From Tannockella kyphosi (GTDB lineage: Bacteria > Bacillota_I > Bacilli_A > Erysipelotrichales > Coprobacillaceae), in the NCBI RefSeq assembly GCF_021054785.1, contig NZ_CP088239.1, forward strand, positions 1,170,001-1,202,000: a stretch of 32,000 nt of DNA, read 5' to 3'. A program made the translations under genes and the position numbers. Below are positions 24,958-32,000 of this stretch, piece by piece. The notes beneath the pieces were generated by a model. The model ran no database searches, had not been told where the DNA came from, and worked only from the letters and a program-made list of their open reading frames with translations. How positions within the stretch are numbered: position 1 is the first letter of the stretch; each line of letters begins with the position of its first letter.

Positions 24958-25452
24958 TTATTCCTCCTTTCCATTAATTGAGCTAATTGCTTCTAAAACA
25001 CGATATTGACTAATACATCTGCATAAATTTCCTGATAATGCTTCAGAAATATCTTCTTCTGTAGGGTTTGGATTACGGATAAATAAAGCTCTAGCCGCAA
25101 TTACAATACCTGGTGTACAGAATCCACATTGGAATGCAGAATAATCAAAAATAGCTTGTTGAATAGGGTCTAATTTCCCAGTTACTGGATCAGCAAGACC
25201 TTCAATTGTAACGATCTTCTTCCCTTCACATTCCACTGTTAAAGTGACACATGAAGCTTCTGCTTTATCGTCAATAAGCACTGCACAAGCACCACAGCAC
25301 CCTTCACCGCAACTTAATTTTGTACCTGTTAATCCAAGACGTTCACGAATTGTATTTACCAATAATTCATTGGTAGGAATTTGCCCCATCTTGTCGCCAA
25401 TCATAAATTCATAGTCTTTACCATTGACATTTAGTGTTACAGTATCTCTCAT
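24958..25452 (-). CDS. Module 1 [2Fe-2S]x2 small subunit
   Basis: Contains CGEGCCGAC...C and FQCGFCTPG...CRC motifs. AAGGAGG RBS. Confidence 0.93.
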   Translation of the reverse strand: MRDTVTLNVNGKDYEFMIGDKMGQIPTNELLVNTIRERLGLTGTKLSCGEGCCGACAVLIDDKAEASCVTLTVECEGKKIVTIEGLADPVTGKLDPIQQAIFDYSAFQCGFCTPGIVIAARALFIRNPNPTEEDISEALSGNLCRCISQYRVLEAISSINGKEE

Positions 25453-25534
25453 AATTTCCTCCTTAATTATTTATTTTTGATATCATACTTTTTCTTTATT
25501 TAAAACATTCCATCTTGTTTTATTATTTAATTGC

Positions 25535-25578
25535 TTGATAACATTATTTTTTAGTGCTATCATTAGTCACAAGACTAA
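25535..25578 (+). promoter_or_regulatory. TetR gene promoter with an overlapping inverted repeat (candidate TetR operator)
   Basis: TTGATA (25535-25540), 17 nt of spacer, TATCAT (25558-25563). The inverted repeat TTAGTC-acaa-GACTAA (25563-25578) sits at the predicted transcription start. Confidence 0.45.
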
Positions 25579-25590
25579 GAGGGCAAAATA

Positions 25591-26244
25591 ATGACACAAC
25601 CAACTAAAAAACAAATAACACATGAAAAGATACTAACAAGTGCCATCTACTTATTTTCAATTTATGGTTACGAAGGCACTACCACTCGTATGCTTTCAAA
25701 AGAATCTGGATATAATATTTCAACTATTTTCCATCATTTTGAAAACAAAGAAGGTTTATATATTGCCGCCATGAATCATATGGCCCAAGAAATGAATAGC
25801 CATTTACTCCCAACAACGATCAAAGTAAATAAACGACTTGAAGAAGAGTGTTCTATTGAAGAAGCATGGGAATTAATTGAAGAATTCATTACACTTCTTG
25901 TTATGACATTATCTAGTCCTACTCAAAAGAATACATTCTTTCTACTAATCAGAGAACAAACTAGTCCTCCAAAAGGAGACTTCCCACTCTCTCGAGTAAT
26001 CTATGACAATGTAGAACATCCAATTAAAAACTTACTTCAAAGAATATACCCAGATATAACTCATACTACCCTTGCTTTGCATGCTAGAATGATTACTGGT
26101 GGAATCATTTCCCAAGTAGAACACCCAGTGTTTTTACGCTGGATGTTAGGTCTACCAGACGACGCTGATATAAAACCTCGTGTTTGGGAAAAAGTAAAAG
26201 ATTTATGTATGATATATATAAATACCGATTTAAATAACGATTAA
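25591..26244 (+). CDS. TetR/AcrR-family transcriptional regulator
   Basis: The N-terminal HTH region ILTSAIYLFSIYGYEGTTTRMLSKESGYNISTIFHHFENKEGLY is classic TetR_N. Confidence 0.9.
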   Translation: MTQPTKKQITHEKILTSAIYLFSIYGYEGTTTRMLSKESGYNISTIFHHFENKEGLYIAAMNHMAQEMNSHLLPTTIKVNKRLEEECSIEEAWELIEEFITLLVMTLSSPTQKNTFFLLIREQTSPPKGDFPLSRVIYDNVEHPIKNLLQRIYPDITHTTLALHARMITGGIISQVEHPVFLRWMLGLPDDADIKPRVWEKVKDLCMIYINTDLNND

Positions 26245-26705
26245 GCGTGTGGTGGAATACCAAGCGCTTTTTTTACTAATGGAATACCTGTACATAATCC
26301 AATATTTTGTGATAACCAAGTTAAGAATAATGATAATGGATAAGATGCTACTACTGATGCTACATAGAAATCTTGGTAACCAGGAACATCTTTCATTCCC
26401 CACCAAGTCATGAATGAACTCATAATAGTAGCCATAATTAATGCCACTAATACAGTAGATACTAATTGATGTTTAATATCTCTTCTGTCTAATTTAAATA
26501 AATCACCAAACTTATTCCCTAAAGGAGCAATTGGTAAGAATGTCATTAAAATAAACCCTATAATAACACCTAATACATAACTACTTGCAAAACTAGATAA
26601 TGTTAAACCTGTTCCATTTGCAATAGGTACAATTGTATTTAAGAAAATATTTAAAATCAACGATACCCACGCATTTAATAATACATCAAACTTTGTTATT
26701 TTCAT
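26241..26705 (-). CDS. Small integral membrane protein (about 4 TM, two-repeat appearance; possibly DUF2798-like)
   Basis: 154 aa with four hydrophobic segments. GGGAGG lies 7 nt before the ATG at 26705. Its stop overlaps the TetR stop. Confidence 0.55.
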   Translation of the reverse strand: MKITKFDVLLNAWVSLILNIFLNTIVPIANGTGLTLSSFASSYVLGVIIGFILMTFLPIAPLGNKFGDLFKLDRRDIKHQLVSTVLVALIMATIMSSFMTWWGMKDVPGYQDFYVASVVASYPLSLFLTWLSQNIGLCTGIPLVKKALGIPPHA

Positions 26706-26722
26706 TTGTCTGCCTCCCATGA

Positions 26723-26764
26723 CAAAAAGCCCAGAATACTCTCTATTATTTAGTTTTCTAGGCT
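26723..26764 (-). terminator. Terminator downstream of hydroxylase module 2
   Basis: Minus-strand stem AGCCUAGAA / UUCUGGGCU (one G-U pair) with a 19-nt loop, followed by UUUUUGU. Confidence 0.45.
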
Positions 26765-26777
26765 TTTAACGAATTTA

Positions 26778-29144
26778 TTATTTTACTGCTAAAATATTAC
26801 GAATTACTAAAGCTTTGATTTCAGTAATTTTATAATTATTATGTTCCATTGCAATTGCATCTTTAATAGCAAGAGCTCCAGCACTTTCAGCTACTTCTTC
26901 ACTAATCGCTTTACCTTTTAAGAAAGCTTCTACTTCATCTAATTTATATGGTACTGGTGCAACTCCACCTAATACTAATTTAGCATCTTCAATAACTCCA
27001 TCTACTACTTTGAAAGCAGAAGATAAACTTACGATTGCAAAATCCATCCCATCACGGACACGGAATTTATCATAACTAGAAGTATATCCTTCTAATACTG
27101 GTACTTGAATTTCAGTTACTAATTCACCATGTTCTAACATATCTTTTGTTTTTAGTTTTGTAGTAAAGAAGTCAACAGCTTTGATTTCTTTTTTAGTAGT
27201 AACAATTGTTCCATCTAACATCACTAATACTGGTGAAATATCAGAAGCATTTACTGAGTAACATCCACAATTCATACAACGTTTTGCTTCTTTTGAAGCT
27301 AATTCAAGAGATAATGATTTTTCATCTTCATCCACTAATGTACGACTAGCTACAGGAAGTTCTTCTAACTTACAAGATTCTTCTACTTTTACACCTTCTA
27401 CATCAAAAGTCTTATAACCTTTTTCAGATGCTTCACGTTTGATTGGATATCCCATTTTTGCACTCATAGAATGAGCTGCTAAGTTACCTGCATGAATTGC
27501 ACGAATTGCAATATTAGGTCCTGTAACAACATCCCCACCTGCAAAGAATTTTTCATTTTTAGTTTGATAAGTTTCTTCATCTACTTCTAATAAACCACGT
27601 TCTGATTTAATTTGAGAAGCGAACTCATCACCTAAGAAGTCTACGTCTACACGTTGACCTGTTGCTAAGATAATACTATCTGATGTAAATACAGTAGTTT
27701 CATCATGATCATATACTGGTGCAAAACGATTTTTTTCATCAAAAACACTTACGCATTTCATTGATTCTAAACCACTTACTTTTCCATCGGCATCTTTGAT
27801 AACACCTTTTAGACCCCAACCATTTTCAATTTCAATACCTTCTTCTAAAGCTCTTGCAATTTCTTCTTTTGTTGCAGGCATTGCTTCTCTTGATTCAAGA
27901 CATACTAATTTAACACTCTTAGCTCCTAAACGTCTTGCTGTTAATGCTACGTCCATCGCAACATTACCACCACCACAAACTAATACGTTTTCACCAGTAG
28001 CTTTTTGTAAGAATGTATTTACATCTTGTAAGAAGTCTAAACCAAATTGAGTTAATTCTTCTCCTGTAATACCTAATACTGGTTGTTTCCAAGCACCTGT
28101 ACCAAAGAATACAGTATCAAAACGCCCTTCCACTTCTTCCATTGATATTTCTTTACCAACAGTAGTATTCATTTCAAAAGTAACTCCCATACCTTCCAAA
28201 GCACTTGCATATCCTTCTACAATATCCTTAGGTAAACGATAATGAGGAATACCATACATTAATACCCCACCAGCTTTTTCATGAGAATCAATCACAGTAA
28301 CACTATGTCCTTGACTTCTTAAATAATAAGCAGCAGTTAAACCACCAGGACCAGCTCCAATAATACCAACAGATTTACCTGTTTCAGCTTTTGGTGCTAC
28401 ATAGAATTTTTCTTTATTTTCTAAAATATAATCTCCTAATGTACGTTCCACACAGTGAATAGCTACGCTATCACCATTTTTATCATGGTTACATCTGTCT
28501 TCACAAGGATGTGGACAAATTCTTGAAGTACACATTGGCATTGGGTTTACACGCATAATTATTTTTGCAGCTTCATCCCAGTTCCCTTTTCTAATTTCAC
28601 CCATATAAGAGGAAACATCAGTTCCAGCAGGACAACCTTTTGTACAAGCACTAGTTACAATTTTCATACCACCAAATACAGAATGATAACGATTTTCTCC
28701 TAATACTGCAAAACATTCTTCTCCACCTTTTTGTTGACATACCATTTTCCCACCAACATCTTCAGGATAACGATAATACCAACAACGAACATCTTGACAA
28801 ACATTCCCACCAATAGTTGCAGAATTACGAACTAATGGAGTTGCTACCGATTTTGCAGCTTGGCTTAACGCTGGTGCCCCAGCTAATAATTCTTCTGATT
28901 TTTCTAAGCAACCTAACTTTGTGATAGCACCAATTTTAATAGTCCCATCTTGTGCAGTTACATAAGATCCACCATCTACTTTTCTTAAACTTACTAATTC
29001 TTCTGGATATTTTGTTAAAATATCACTTTTTAATTCAAAAATTAAATCTGTACCACCAGAAACTGGTACACTATTTTCATTTGCTTTTATTATTTCTGCA
29101 GCTTCATCAAATGATTTTGCAGATTTGTATCCAAATTTTTTCAT
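26778..29144 (-). CDS. Module 2 flavoprotein: same CoxM-FAD / four-Cys loop / GltD-like mosaic as module 1
   Basis: Collinear with 20265-22616: VSGGTDL, ATIGGNVCQDVRCWYYRYP, CTKGCPAGTDV, IIGAGPGGLTAAYYL, VCGGGNVAMDVA, FAGGDV, CMNCGCYS, ASDISPVLVMLD, LGGVAPVPYK. Confidence 0.85.
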   Translation of the reverse strand: MKKFGYKSAKSFDEAAEIIKANENSVPVSGGTDLIFELKSDILTKYPEELVSLRKVDGGSYVTAQDGTIKIGAITKLGCLEKSEELLAGAPALSQAAKSVATPLVRNSATIGGNVCQDVRCWYYRYPEDVGGKMVCQQKGGEECFAVLGENRYHSVFGGMKIVTSACTKGCPAGTDVSSYMGEIRKGNWDEAAKIIMRVNPMPMCTSRICPHPCEDRCNHDKNGDSVAIHCVERTLGDYILENKEKFYVAPKAETGKSVGIIGAGPGGLTAAYYLRSQGHSVTVIDSHEKAGGVLMYGIPHYRLPKDIVEGYASALEGMGVTFEMNTTVGKEISMEEVEGRFDTVFFGTGAWKQPVLGITGEELTQFGLDFLQDVNTFLQKATGENVLVCGGGNVAMDVALTARRLGAKSVKLVCLESREAMPATKEEIARALEEGIEIENGWGLKGVIKDADGKVSGLESMKCVSVFDEKNRFAPVYDHDETTVFTSDSIILATGQRVDVDFLGDEFASQIKSERGLLEVDEETYQTKNEKFFAGGDVVTGPNIAIRAIHAGNLAAHSMSAKMGYPIKREASEKGYKTFDVEGVKVEESCKLEELPVASRTLVDEDEKSLSLELASKEAKRCMNCGCYSVNASDISPVLVMLDGTIVTTKKEIKAVDFFTTKLKTKDMLEHGELVTEIQVPVLEGYTSSYDKFRVRDGMDFAIVSLSSAFKVVDGVIEDAKLVLGGVAPVPYKLDEVEAFLKGKAISEEVAESAGALAIKDAIAMEHNNYKITEIKALVIRNILAVK

Positions 29145-29158
29145 TTTCGTCTCCCCCC

Positions 29159-31450
29159 TTACGCTTTACCTAAAGCTTTTAAAATTGCTGCAGGTGTTGC
29201 AGGATATTCAATAAAGTCTTTTCCAATTGCGTTAGAAATAGCCATTGAAACTGCTGAAGGACCAGGAGCACCTGAGATTTCTCCAAATCCAATTGCTTTG
29301 AATGGAGATATATCATATTGTGATTCTAAGATTACGGAATTGAATTCAGGGAATTCATTAAATAATCTCCACTTGTAATCAATCATATTAGCAGTCATTA
29401 AACGACCTTGTGTTGTATCTAAGACATGTCCATCAATTAAACCTGTGTCTAATGCTGCAGAACCAATACATCCTTGGAATTGTAATTCTAATGTTGCTGG
29501 ATCTAACATTTGACCTACATCAGTACCACCAGTTACATTAATTAATGTAGTTTCTCCAGTATCAGTATCTACTTCTACTTCTACAAATAACATACAGAAG
29601 TTAGGAATAGCAAATTGTTCTTCATATTTACCAACTCCAGTCATTGTATGACCAAATCCAATGATTGGCATCCAAGGAACACGTACTTCTGGTTTATCTT
29701 TTAAATAAATAAATCCATCTTCCGTATCTACTGCTTCTACTGGGCAGTGTAAGAATGCTGCACCTTTTTCTAATAATTCTTGTTTTACTTTTTTAGCAGC
29801 TTCCCCAACTGCAGTACTTACAACGATAGTCCCTCTTGATCCTACTAATCCAAATTCATGAGGATTTACTAAGTTATCTGCATCTGTAATTCTTACTTTT
29901 TCAAAAGGCATATTTAAGATTTCTGCTGCTGCTTTAATAGCTTGGTTTCTTTGCCCTTGTCCTGCTTCTGCTACTGTACAATGTACAACTGCATACCCAT
30001 AAGGTTCCAAACGAACATATGCTTCTGAACAGTCTTCACCAACATCACAGTTACCATGTAAACCGACACCAACACCACGTACTTTTGAACCATTTACAGA
30101 AGTTGGTTTATACCATCCTTTGAATTTGTCAGCCCACTCAAATTTTTGTGCTGCTTGAGTCATAGCTGGACGATAGTCTGCATATTTACATACCCAGTTA
30201 GTACCATCTCTCCAAGTATATGGATCTCCTTCTTTTACAAAGTTGTTTTTATAAAATTCTACAGGATCTAAATCAAGTTTGGCTGCACATTGTGAAATAA
30301 TAGGCATTAACGCTGATTTTAATTCTTGTCCACCAAATCCACGAACTACCCCTGCAGGTTCTTTGTTTGTATAATAAATATCTGCTTTAAAGTCCCAGTT
30401 TTTACACTTAGCACATACTAATTGCATTTCTCCTAGACCTACACCCATTTGTGCTTGTCCAATATCATTACAACTTCCTGTGTCAATCATCCAGTTCCCT
30501 TGCATTGCATGAACTAAACCATCTTTAATACCAACCTTCAAAGTCATATGAGAACCTAAACGAGTTTCATAAGCTAATAATTGTTCTGATTTCGTATAAA
30601 TGAATTTTACAGGTCTATTTGTTACTAACGCTAATGCGGATGCATGCATACACATACAAGTAATGTGATTTTTATTACCATAAGAACCACCTACGTTGAA
30701 ACTTTCAGAACGTACAATAACATCTGGCATTTTTGTTGATAATTGAATTCTAAGTAAGTTTGGACTTTGACTAGAAGCTCTAATATATAAGTTTCCTGGT
30801 TCTGTCCATTGTGCTAATACTGCAGGTGTTTCCGGAGCTAATGGTGCATGAGATGCACTATATGATGCAGTTCCTTCTACAACAGCGTCACATTCTTCAA
30901 ACGCTGATTCTACATCACCTTTATCAATATGTTTAAACTCTACCCCATGTTCTCCTAATGGAAACCCTGGTAATCCAATCCCATAAGGAACTTTGTTTCC
31001 AGGAATATGATCATAAAATTGAATTGCATCTGGTTGTGATGATTCCATCGGTGTATAATATGGTTTTAATATTTCATATTCTACCTTAATTAATTTTAAT
31101 GCTTCTTCCGCAATTTCAGGAGTTTCCGCAGCAACGGTTGCAACTGGATCCCCTACATAACGAAGTCTACGATCAAAAATTGGTTTATGATATGGAAATC
31201 CTAAAGACCATTCTTTACATTCTTCTGGTAAGTTTTCCAAACATAAAACAGCTTTAACCCCATCCACTTTTTGTGCTTCACTAATATCAATACTTACGAT
31301 ATTTGCATGAGGATGTGGACTTTTTAACATTTTTGTATATAACTGACGAGGTAAGTTATAGTCATCTAGAAAAGTTGCTCTACCTGTTACGATATCTCTT
31401 GCTTCTCTTCTTGGTGTGTTCTTACCGACATAACGATAATCTGGTTTCAT
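29159..31450 (-). CDS. Module 2 molybdopterin-binding large subunit (XDH/CoxL family)
   Basis: Motifs GKNTPRREARDIVTGRATFLDD, LKSPHPHANI, GGSYGNK, VRGFGGQE and GFGEISGAPGP. The start ATG shares one nucleotide with the stop of the small subunit (TAATG). Confidence 0.9.
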   Translation of the reverse strand: MKPDYRYVGKNTPRREARDIVTGRATFLDDYNLPRQLYTKMLKSPHPHANIVSIDISEAQKVDGVKAVLCLENLPEECKEWSLGFPYHKPIFDRRLRYVGDPVATVAAETPEIAEEALKLIKVEYEILKPYYTPMESSQPDAIQFYDHIPGNKVPYGIGLPGFPLGEHGVEFKHIDKGDVESAFEECDAVVEGTASYSASHAPLAPETPAVLAQWTEPGNLYIRASSQSPNLLRIQLSTKMPDVIVRSESFNVGGSYGNKNHITCMCMHASALALVTNRPVKFIYTKSEQLLAYETRLGSHMTLKVGIKDGLVHAMQGNWMIDTGSCNDIGQAQMGVGLGEMQLVCAKCKNWDFKADIYYTNKEPAGVVRGFGGQELKSALMPIISQCAAKLDLDPVEFYKNNFVKEGDPYTWRDGTNWVCKYADYRPAMTQAAQKFEWADKFKGWYKPTSVNGSKVRGVGVGLHGNCDVGEDCSEAYVRLEPYGYAVVHCTVAEAGQGQRNQAIKAAAEILNMPFEKVRITDADNLVNPHEFGLVGSRGTIVVSTAVGEAAKKVKQELLEKGAAFLHCPVEAVDTEDGFIYLKDKPEVRVPWMPIIGFGHTMTGVGKYEEQFAIPNFCMLFVEVEVDTDTGETTLINVTGGTDVGQMLDPATLELQFQGCIGSAALDTGLIDGHVLDTTQGRLMTANMIDYKWRLFNEFPEFNSVILESQYDISPFKAIGFGEISGAPGPSAVSMAISNAIGKDFIEYPATPAAILKALGKA

Positions 31451-31956
31451 TATTCTTCGCCTCCTGAATTTTCAGCTACATATTTTACTGCATCAATAAC
31501 ATGATATTGGCTAATACAACGACAATAATTTCCTGATAAGCCTTCTTTGATTTCATCATCATTTGGATGTGGATTTTTATTTAATAACGCTTTTGCTGCC
31601 ATGATAATACCTGGTGTACAAAAACCACATTGAAATGCATAATAATCAATAAATGCTTGTTGTAAAGGATCTAGTTCACCAGTTACTGGATCTTCTAATC
31701 CTTCAATTGTAACGATAGAACTTCCATCACAATCTAAAGTAAGTGTGTTACAAGAAGTAATTGCATCACCATCCATAATAACAGTACAGCAACCACATGC
31801 TCCTTCCCCACAAGACTCTTTTGAGCCAGTTAATCCGATTCGTTCACGTAATGTAAACGATAATGTTTCAGAACATGCCACTTGGCCGTGTCCATCTCCT
31901 ACTGAGAAAGCATATTCTTTTCCATTAACAATAATACTAATCATACTTGCTTCCAT
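31450..31956 (-). CDS. Module 2 [2Fe-2S]x2 small subunit
   Basis: Motifs CGEGACGCC...C and FQCGFCTPG...CRC. AGGAGG RBS upstream of the ATG at 31956. Confidence 0.92.
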   Translation of the reverse strand: MEASMISIIVNGKEYAFSVGDGHGQVACSETLSFTLRERIGLTGSKESCGEGACGCCTVIMDGDAITSCNTLTLDCDGSSIVTIEGLEDPVTGELDPLQQAFIDYYAFQCGFCTPGIIMAAKALLNKNPHPNDDEIKEGLSGNYCRCISQYHVIDAVKYVAENSGGEE

Positions 31957-32000
31957 TTTTCCTCCTATCCTTTTGGTTATACCAAAACTGAAACCCCTTT

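Noticed and set aside
20265-31956. Labelling the two modules as xanthine dehydrogenase (xdhABC), or as the gut uric acid / purine degradation cluster
   Set aside because: Both large subunits lack the Glu that follows GGxFGxK in purine-specific enzymes. The typical neighbours (ssnA, ygeW/X/Y, hyuA, allantoinase-type genes) are absent. Only family-level assignment is justified.
20265-31956. Selenium-dependent molybdenum hydroxylase, or selenocysteine recoding
   Set aside because: No in-frame TGA interrupts any of the six structural genes. No selD, yqeB, yqeC or SECIS-like context is visible in the window. This cannot be excluded genome-wide.
20265-31956. Recent tandem duplication or assembly repeat of the hydroxylase module
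   Set aside because: The paralogs are collinear but well diverged. The small subunits are roughly 55-60% identical by manual count. Nucleotide similarity is confined to short motif-coding stretches. This is an ancient duplication, not an artefact or a recent event.

Overview
AT-rich chromosomal window that looks like Bacillota. It uses the standard genetic code, since TGA serves as a stop. I support 30 CDS and found no rRNA, tRNA, CRISPR, transposase or integrase.

Left third (1-11.1 kb), housekeeping and sugar genes:
- a flavodoxin-like protein and a DtxR/MntR-type regulator
- enolase
- a divergently transcribed NifU-like + GGGtGRT-family pair of unknown function
- an RsmH-family methyltransferase paralog
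- a minus-strand operon: PTS EIIC, a micro membrane protein, DUF3284, MupG/DUF871 and a GntR(HutC) regulator, with dre-like palindromic operators at its promoter
- an RlmI-like rRNA methyltransferase

Right two thirds (11.2-32 kb), one co-directional minus-strand molybdenum island:
- Two diverged paralogous three-gene molybdenum hydroxylase modules of the xanthine dehydrogenase/CO dehydrogenase family. Each has a 2Fe-2S subunit, a roughly 770 aa Mo-pterin subunit and a roughly 785 aa flavoprotein.
- A TetR gene and a small membrane protein separate the two modules.
- A 10-gene cofactor and molybdate operon follows: MocA-ModE-HTH fusion, TylF-like methyltransferase, histidine-phosphatase-HD fusion, molybdopterin-binding protein, XdhC, MOSC, MoaA, ModA, ModB, ModC.

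Most interesting observations:
- (a) In both modules the flavoprotein is a CoxM/XdhB-type FAD subunit. Its GGN...SD loop carries a roughly 515 aa insertion made of a four-Cys loop plus a complete GltD-like NAD(P)H/FAD/Fe-S module.
- (b) A cytidylyltransferase is fused to a ModE-type DNA-binding domain, behind a promoter that carries a 9-N6-9 inverted repeat.
- (c) The Moco operon contains unexplained methyltransferase and phosphatase-HD genes.
- (d) ModA is clearly circularly permuted.

All coordinates, motif positions and identity estimates come from manual reading. No database search was run.
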